Translations under genes and position numbers: made by a program
Notes under the pieces: model-generated
What the model saw: the letters and a program-made list of their open reading frames with translations, nothing else
Told to the model about the DNA's origin: nothing
The model's database searches: none
Shown: in pieces, positions 59,595-64,000 of the stretch
Position numbering within the stretch: the stretch's first letter is position 1
How the letters are laid out: every line of letters starts with the position of its first letter
Source of the DNA: a virus
Lineage: Duplodnaviria > Caudoviricetes
Direction: 5' to 3' (one strand)
Length of the DNA stretch: 64,000 nucleotides
IMG/VR virus record: IMGVR_UViG_3300028833_000058

Positions 59595-60454
59595 CTTCAG
59601 CTATAAAGTCAGCGTAACTTTCAATAAATTTCTTATACTGTCGTAAAGACTTTGCACCTTTTATAACCTTTACAACTTCTCTGTCATCAGAAAAATCAAT
59701 GTCCTTTATCTTACAATTTCTGTCAAAGAATCTACCTACTTTAGAGTTATTGAACAAAGGTACAATGTCTTTAGCTGTTAAATTTAAAAAATCTCTTGCA
59801 CAACATGTACTAGAAATTAGATTGTAAGCATCTATAAATTTCTTATAGGCCCTAACGTCACAGTATACACCCTGCTTTGTTAACTTAAAATGTTCCATTG
59901 TTTCACGTATTCCATGTTCGAAATAGTATTCAGCTACTTCATTGCGCTTTATTGTACAACTGTTAAAGTTTAAAATAGACTCATTTAATCGTATGTTATT
60001 AATTTTCATGGTAATCTCCATTTGTATTTACAATTATGAACAGGCACCAGTTTCCTTATATAAATGAGCTCTTATTAAAGTAAAACCAGCGATGTCTCTA
60101 CAATCTTCTTCAGATTTACCTTGACAAGAAAAAGTATGAGGTACACCTTCGTGCTTTACCATAACACTAAACTCGTATTCACCAGTATCTTTATTGAAAA
60201 TTACTTTATTTGCAAGTAATTTTTCATTCTGTATCTTTCTTTTAGCCATTTTCTTTTCAAATGCAAGATTATTTTCTTCAACCGCTCTTTGAAACTCCAA
60301 GGCATCTTGTGCCTTTTCTTCTCTGTATTCCTTATACTCATTTATAAGACTTTTAATCAACTTAAACATTTTAACTCTCCTTTCGATGATTTATGCTTCA
60401 TTGTAACATTAAAACCAAGAAAAGTAAAGTCAAATTTTACAATTAATTTGTATA

Positions 60455-60487
60455 TAAAAAAAAGACACATCTAAGAATGTGTCTTTC
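60455..60487 (-). terminator. intrinsic terminator
   Basis: AAAGACACAT/ATGTGTCTTT hairpin plus U-tract. Confidence 0.75.
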
Positions 60488-60516
60488 AAATTTGTTATAA
60501 TTAACTCGATTAAGGT

Positions 60517-60978
60517 TTATTTCCAGAATCCAAACAATCTACCAAAAAATGATGTCTTCTTATCAATATACCGTTTCGCATTTGATACAGCTTCATTGAG
60601 TTTTTTGTATTCTTCTGTCATTTTAGAATAAATTTGCTTAGCCTGTCTCATGTCTTCATTGACCAAACCCATTTTACCTGAAGCAGCTTTCAATGAAGCA
60701 ATCATCTGCTTTTTGTTGTTATCTCTGTCTCTAAGATTTTCGTTATTTTTATAAGCTTTCTCTGTTTCATTGACTATTGCTATTGCTTCTTTTATGTTTT
60801 TAAGGGCACTCTCACATTTAGCATCAAATGCACTAAGTTGAGCCTTTAACCCGTCTGACTTAATGTTAGCAACTGATGATATAATATCGTTGAAAGAAGC
60901 TTCTTCTAACGATTGTTTGTCTTCATTTAAAGTTGATTCGTCAATCAATTTTAAAACTTCATTTTGTAAATTTGCCAT
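60517..60978 (-). CDS. coiled-coil hypothetical protein, possible virion internal protein
   Basis: N-terminal LIDESTLNE motif; AGTTCTA upstream. Confidence 0.6.
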   Translation of the reverse strand: MANLQNEVLKLIDESTLNEDKQSLEEASFNDIISSVANIKSDGLKAQLSAFDAKCESALKNIKEAIAIVNETEKAYKNNENLRDRDNNKKQMIASLKAASGKMGLVNEDMRQAKQIYSKMTEEYKKLNEAVSNAKRYIDKKTSFFGRLFGFWK

Positions 60979-61048
60979 TTGTATATATACCTTTAATTAT
61001 AATTAGAAACGTTTCTACTTATATAGAACTGTTTTGATTAGTTAATCT

Positions 61049-62941
61049 TTACGATTCACCAACTACTTTTTCTTTTTTACCATTAACTATGTTAGCAATT
61101 TCTTTTGCAGCAAGTTCAAATCCTTCTTTCATTGACTTGTCATCAAATCCGTCCCAACCATAATAAGGTTCACTGATAGAAAATGCTCCGTATTCACCAT
61201 CATCAGCTTCACATTTTCCATTTAGTACTCTCCATAGATACAACCAGTCTTCATTATCATATCCACGAGTATCATCATCCTCGTAATCATCATACCAATT
61301 TAACCACCATTGGTCAGCCATCGGTGGAATCTCTAAAGGTTTTTTATTTGGTAACTCCTTTTTCTTCATTTCTTTGTCATAGCTTGGTACATCTTCGTAT
61401 ATACCAGTTTCTATCATGAAGAGTATTTTAAACAAATCATCCTTAGATACAGAAAATTCAGCTGAATATCCATCTGGTTCTTCGTATATTTCACGACCAG
61501 TTATAGGTATTTCTTCTTCTAAATCTTTCAAAACATCATCGTGTGCTTCTTGTTCTGTACCATATCTCTTACAATCGTGTAAAAAGGATAAAAGACCAAT
61601 ACCATCATAAAAATCATTTTGTACTATATTAACAATTTCTTCTGGAACATTATTTTCATTTTTATCGTCATATTGGCCTGTATAAATAGCTACTATTCTA
61701 TCCCAATTATATTTATCCTTAATGCCATATTTTTCAGCAACTTCATTCCAATCTGATTCACAACCGTTCCAATTGTTTATGTCATCTTCGTAATAATAAT
61801 CCCAATCCGTACTGAAAGTTAAAATCTCACACATTGTCTTATTACTGATACATTCTCTTGCTCCGTTGTTGTAAATCTCCTTACCAAGCTCATCTATATC
61901 CATTATACCAATCACTTTATCATCTTCAATCTTCAGTTTGTCTGGATTTACATAGTGATAATAAAGTATTTCTTTTTCAAGGAGTTGTGGGTTTTGTAAA
62001 CAATTGTTAAATTTTTGTTTTACGTTTTCAAATCTATCAACTAAATTGTTGTATTTAGTTATACTTCTTATTTCTTCATCAAGTTCCTTGTCAATCGGAT
62101 ATTTTTTAAACTTGTATTCATATAAAAATTTAGCGACATCTGGACAGTCATCTGTGAATTTGTCCATATCAATTCTATTGTCACGTTCATCCATAAATTG
62201 TCTTGATTCAAAATGAAATTGATACAAACTTCCGTCTTCTTTGTTCAAAAGAATGTAATACTCACCACCGTAATCGTTTAAGTAACTGTTATAATAAGTA
62301 CCACCACTTGAAGTAGTACACCAGTTTGTGTATTCACCAAACGGTTTAGATGACTCAAAAGTTGTTGGAATACCAATTACCCATTTGTCGTCTTCATAAA
62401 TCTTTTCTAATCCTTTTGGTTCACATTCTTTGAATACATTGTATCTCTCAAATGCCTTTTCATCAGTAGGAACACCTTTTTCTTTATGTTGTTGTATAGC
62501 TGTGTATAGCTCTGGTATACTATTGAAGTCGTCTAAAGGTTTACCGATTTGATTTTTTAAAACATCATATTGCTTTAACAAACTTGGAAGTTTCTCAGCA
62601 TCTTCCCAAGGCGTAGATGGTAACAATTCTGGTTTCTCAATTGGTTGATTTGTTTTAGGGTTTATACCATTGTTTTTAGCCATAAACTCCTTATAATCAG
62701 CCATTCTTTCAGCATTTTTGAAATTGTTGTAAAACAGCCTGATAATCCATTTACCATATTTACCTAATTGGTCACCACCTTTATAAGTTGGGTCCAATGC
62801 TATCAGCTCTTTTACCTTTTCTTCTGGCATCTTCGGAAACTGTTTAGCAACCTCATGTATACCTTCAGCAAAGTAATGGTATTCTTTTTTAAAGAGGTTA
62901 GATTCACATAAAATATTGTTAACTAAATTCTTAAATTTCAT
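61049..62941 (-). CDS. large hypothetical phage protein, possible virion internal protein
   Basis: 630 aa; DPT...GKYGKW and TNWCT...YQFHFE motifs; N-terminus MKFKNLVNNILCE. Confidence 0.7.
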   Translation of the reverse strand: MKFKNLVNNILCESNLFKKEYHYFAEGIHEVAKQFPKMPEEKVKELIALDPTYKGGDQLGKYGKWIIRLFYNNFKNAERMADYKEFMAKNNGINPKTNQPIEKPELLPSTPWEDAEKLPSLLKQYDVLKNQIGKPLDDFNSIPELYTAIQQHKEKGVPTDEKAFERYNVFKECEPKGLEKIYEDDKWVIGIPTTFESSKPFGEYTNWCTTSSGGTYYNSYLNDYGGEYYILLNKEDGSLYQFHFESRQFMDERDNRIDMDKFTDDCPDVAKFLYEYKFKKYPIDKELDEEIRSITKYNNLVDRFENVKQKFNNCLQNPQLLEKEILYYHYVNPDKLKIEDDKVIGIMDIDELGKEIYNNGARECISNKTMCEILTFSTDWDYYYEDDINNWNGCESDWNEVAEKYGIKDKYNWDRIVAIYTGQYDDKNENNVPEEIVNIVQNDFYDGIGLLSFLHDCKRYGTEQEAHDDVLKDLEEEIPITGREIYEEPDGYSAEFSVSKDDLFKILFMIETGIYEDVPSYDKEMKKKELPNKKPLEIPPMADQWWLNWYDDYEDDDTRGYDNEDWLYLWRVLNGKCEADDGEYGAFSISEPYYGWDGFDDKSMKEGFELAAKEIANIVNGKKEKVVGES

Positions 62942-63046
62942 ATTATGATTTCACTATTCAATGTCTTTACAATCAAAAAACGTTTATAGTGTATAGAACT
63001 ATTTTAGTTAACATGTCCTTAGCCAAAGTGTTCTGTTAGGTGTAAT

Positions 63047-63793
63047 TTATCTAACAACTTTTTTATTTAAATTTTTTGTCTTTTCTAATTCATTGGTAGC
63101 GTTGTTGTAGATTTCATCAGGGTTTACACCTTCTATATCTTTTCTATTCGCATAATATATTTTTGACGTGTTATAATCTTTCACTAAAGCGGTTTCTTGC
63201 TTGAATTCTTTACAAACCTCAGTGGCAAACAACAATAAAAATTCAGATGACATTCCAGAAAATTCAAGAGTAATAGAAGATTCGTCAAATATCTCCCCAT
63301 TCTCACCCTGGTATCTACCTTTAAAACCATGACCAAACGTATAACCACCTAAATATTCTTTGTCTCCATATTCGGTGTTCCATTTTTTATATATGTTGGC
63401 TAACTTTTTGTTTTTCATTAAATTGTTTATTGTGGTGTAATATATTGACTTTAATTTTTTAACTAACCAATTCTTATCGTTCAAAACAGAATTAACATTA
63501 GTTGAGAACACAATCATACCACCAGCGTAATCATTTAGACCCCATTGAAATTCAGAATCTTGTACACCTTCAACCAAAAAGAATTCACATTTTTTACCAT
63601 GCTCAAACGCATTACGATTGAGTACAATGTCATGTATCTCGTAACCTTTTGTCAAATAACTACCAGATGGTTCTATGTCACCATTTCTTGAAAAATGCTC
63701 AACTATACCTAATTTGTAATCACTAGATTCTTCAATTAGTTTTAACGTAGTATAATTAAATAAAGTATCTTTGACAATATCTCTAAATTTCAT
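63047..63793 (-). CDS. hypothetical phage protein
   Basis: 248 aa; N-terminus MKFRDIVK...LIEES; AGTTCTA upstream. Confidence 0.7.
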   Translation of the reverse strand: MKFRDIVKDTLFNYTTLKLIEESSDYKLGIVEHFSRNGDIEPSGSYLTKGYEIHDIVLNRNAFEHGKKCEFFLVEGVQDSEFQWGLNDYAGGMIVFSTNVNSVLNDKNWLVKKLKSIYYTTINNLMKNKKLANIYKKWNTEYGDKEYLGGYTFGHGFKGRYQGENGEIFDESSITLEFSGMSSEFLLLFATEVCKEFKQETALVKDYNTSKIYYANRKDIEGVNPDEIYNNATNELEKTKNLNKKVVR

Positions 63794-64000
63794 ATCAAAA
63801 TCCTTTCTTTATATCTATGTGAATATTATACACCATATTTTCTTGAAAGTCAAGTGAAAATCATTTATTCTTTAGAACTTAAATAAATTTCTTGTTTATA
63901 GTGTCTATGGTTTTTCATATATTCTCTCTGTTTTTCTTTGGTATAATATTTCATTGAACCACCTCTTTCTTGTCTGCATTGTAAATTTCTATCGTGCTTA

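Larger units (their letters stand above)
42375..60369 (-). other. long co-oriented array of about 50 small, mostly translationally coupled hypothetical ORFs (early/accessory region)
   Basis: Minus-strand ORFs of 60-240 aa with GGAG-type RBS and overlapping stop/start codons, punctuated by sigma70-like promoters. Confidence 0.8.

Noticed and set aside
1095-62216. Numerous short antisense ORFs in the track lying inside long genes
   Set aside because: Shadow frames with no RBS, opposite clearly identifiable coding sequences

Overview
AT-rich (~30% GC, judged by eye), densely coded segment of a large lytic (jumbo-type) bacteriophage genome in the standard genetic code. 1-8 kb: nucleotide metabolism (dNMP kinase, thyA, FTR-like protein, nrdG, nrdD). 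8-20 kb: AAA ATPase, Hsp20 with a ROSE-like thermometer, an RNA repair trio (polynucleotide kinase, Rnl1-type ligase, phosphoesterase) and guaC. 20-33 kb: a minus-strand RNA island with 26 conventional tRNA genes covering all 20 amino acids, two homing endonucleases, a Ro60/TROVE gene followed by four Y-RNA-like genes (two contain tRNA bodies with intact Lys-UUU and Leu-CAA anticodon arms), a group I intron, aberrant tRNA-like RNAs and several unexplained structured ncRNA candidates. 33-64 kb: ClpB-like ATPase, M16 peptidase, receiver domain, a long run of small ORFs (Tad2/DUF2829-like paralogs, an RNAP alpha-CTD fusion, QueC-like and SpoT-type HD proteins) and probable virion proteins. Main discovery: each of the two main tRNA arrays is preceded by a sigma70 promoter, a short leader peptide ORF that is absent from the supplied ORF track, and a mutually exclusive terminator/antiterminator pair. 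The core codons of each leader match the tRNAs of its own array (K,C,W,H,M,F,G,A versus I,T,V,Y,S,D,L,N,Q,P,R,E, together all 20 amino acids). This points to ribosome-mediated attenuation that switches on phage tRNA arrays when the corresponding tRNAs are depleted. All calls come from reading the sequence by eye; no searches or folding programs were run.
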